DNA from: Candidatus Saccharimonadota bacterium
Lineage (GTDB): Bacteria > Patescibacteriota > Saccharimonadia > Saccharimonadales > Saccharimonadaceae
Length of the DNA stretch: 32,000 nucleotides
Assembly (NCBI GenBank): GCA_039920285.1
Contig: JBDSDX010000001.1
Location: 90,001-122,000 of the forward strand
Direction of reading: 5' to 3'
Positions 31,749-32,000 of the stretch are shown piece after piece. Below the pieces are notes generated by a model, which searched no databases, was not told where the DNA came from, and worked only from the letters and a program-made list of their open reading frames with translations. Position numbers and translations under genes: made by a program. Position 1 is the first letter of the stretch. Each line of letters opens with the position of its first letter.

Positions 31749-32000
31749 CTAGAGGCGGAGTTTACGGATGACAACATCGATAATGTCGAGTTTCAAATCT
31801 TCCATAGGAAGTCGCTGTCCGAGCATATCAACGATCTCTTCGCCCGCTTCGACAGGGAAGTACACTGAGACTCCCGGTGAGAAGCGTTTTCGAGGAATCA
31901 GCATAATTGAATTGTGTTCGCCGTCTCGGATAAGCCCAAAAGCCTTAAACTCATCGTAGTGATAGAGTTTTTCGCCGACGTATAGGCCTTGATTGCCACT
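31749..32000 (-). CDS. partial CDS (C-terminal 83 aa; 5' end lies beyond the window), function unknown
   Basis: My translation of the minus strand gives an open frame from the window edge to a TAG at 31749-31751: ...GEKLYHYDEFKAFGLIRDGEHNSIMLIPRKRFSPGVSVYFPVEAGEEIVDMLGQRLPMEDLKLDIIDVVIRKLRL*. It is absent from the ORF track because no start lies in the window. Confidence 0.5.
   Translation of the reverse strand, partial: SGNQGLYVGEKLYHYDEFKAFGLIRDGEHNSIMLIPRKRFSPGVSVYFPVEAGEEIVDMLGQRLPMEDLKLDIIDVVIRKLRL

Noticed and set aside
1-32000. CRISPR arrays, tandem repeat arrays, DGR template/variable repeat pairs, retron-like msr/msd, rRNA genes and transposase or integrase genes.
   Set aside because: I saw no regularly spaced direct repeats, no reverse transcriptase, cas or recombinase-like ORFs, and no rRNA-like conserved stretches on either strand.

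Overview
This 32-kb window comes from a compact bacterial genome of roughly 48-50% GC. Intergenic gaps are tiny, convergent genes share stop codons, and the gene content includes FemAB-type transferases, an archaeal-type PGI/PMI and a short G6PD. Together these suggest a reduced-genome Patescibacteria/CPR organism (Saccharibacteria-like); this taxon call is inference only.

Supported content, in order:
- zwf and a CYTH enzyme
- a class I RNR operon (nrdA, an unannotated 57-aa mini-ORF, nrdB) with NrdR-box-like palindromes over its promoter
- an orphan overlapping two-gene cassette and a GC-rich structured non-coding block next to tRNA-Ser(GGA)
- a MacB-type ABC pair and PGI/PMI
- groES-groEL with a CIRCE operator
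- an orphan protein with an Mrr-like nuclease motif, followed by a self-contained small-gene module
- a cell-envelope neighbourhood: two FemAB-family genes, an amidinotransferase-fold enzyme, a MurE-like ligase and a ~840-aa anchored SGNH hydrolase
- tsaD, valS, rlmH, a HIT protein, a GDE-like glucosidase, tRNA-Ser(CGA), a DUF4190/DUF4352-like membrane protein, two NUDIX genes, tRNA-Arg(GCG) and a partial CDS at the right edge

I saw no CRISPR array, transposase, integrase, reverse transcriptase or rRNA.

Most interesting observations:
1. NrdA has no C-terminal redox cysteines, while a CxxC-tailed mini-ORF sits between nrdA and nrdB. This may be an RNR redox tail split off to act in trans.
2. 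The NrdB is class Ic-like, with Phe at the radical-Tyr site.
3. The orphan cassette at 5831-7529 (winged-helix-like plus a PLD/MIT_C-like HDR motif) lies beside a tRNA and is a candidate novel system.
4. The nuclease-like orphan plus small-gene/structured-RNA module lies at 13.8-15.2 kb.
5. A -10 hexamer recurs 6-8 nt upstream of start codons, implying widespread leaderless mRNAs.
6. A FemX gene is paired with a guanidino-modifying enzyme, next to an N-terminally short MurE-like ligase.

All functional calls rest on motifs read by eye. No database search was possible.
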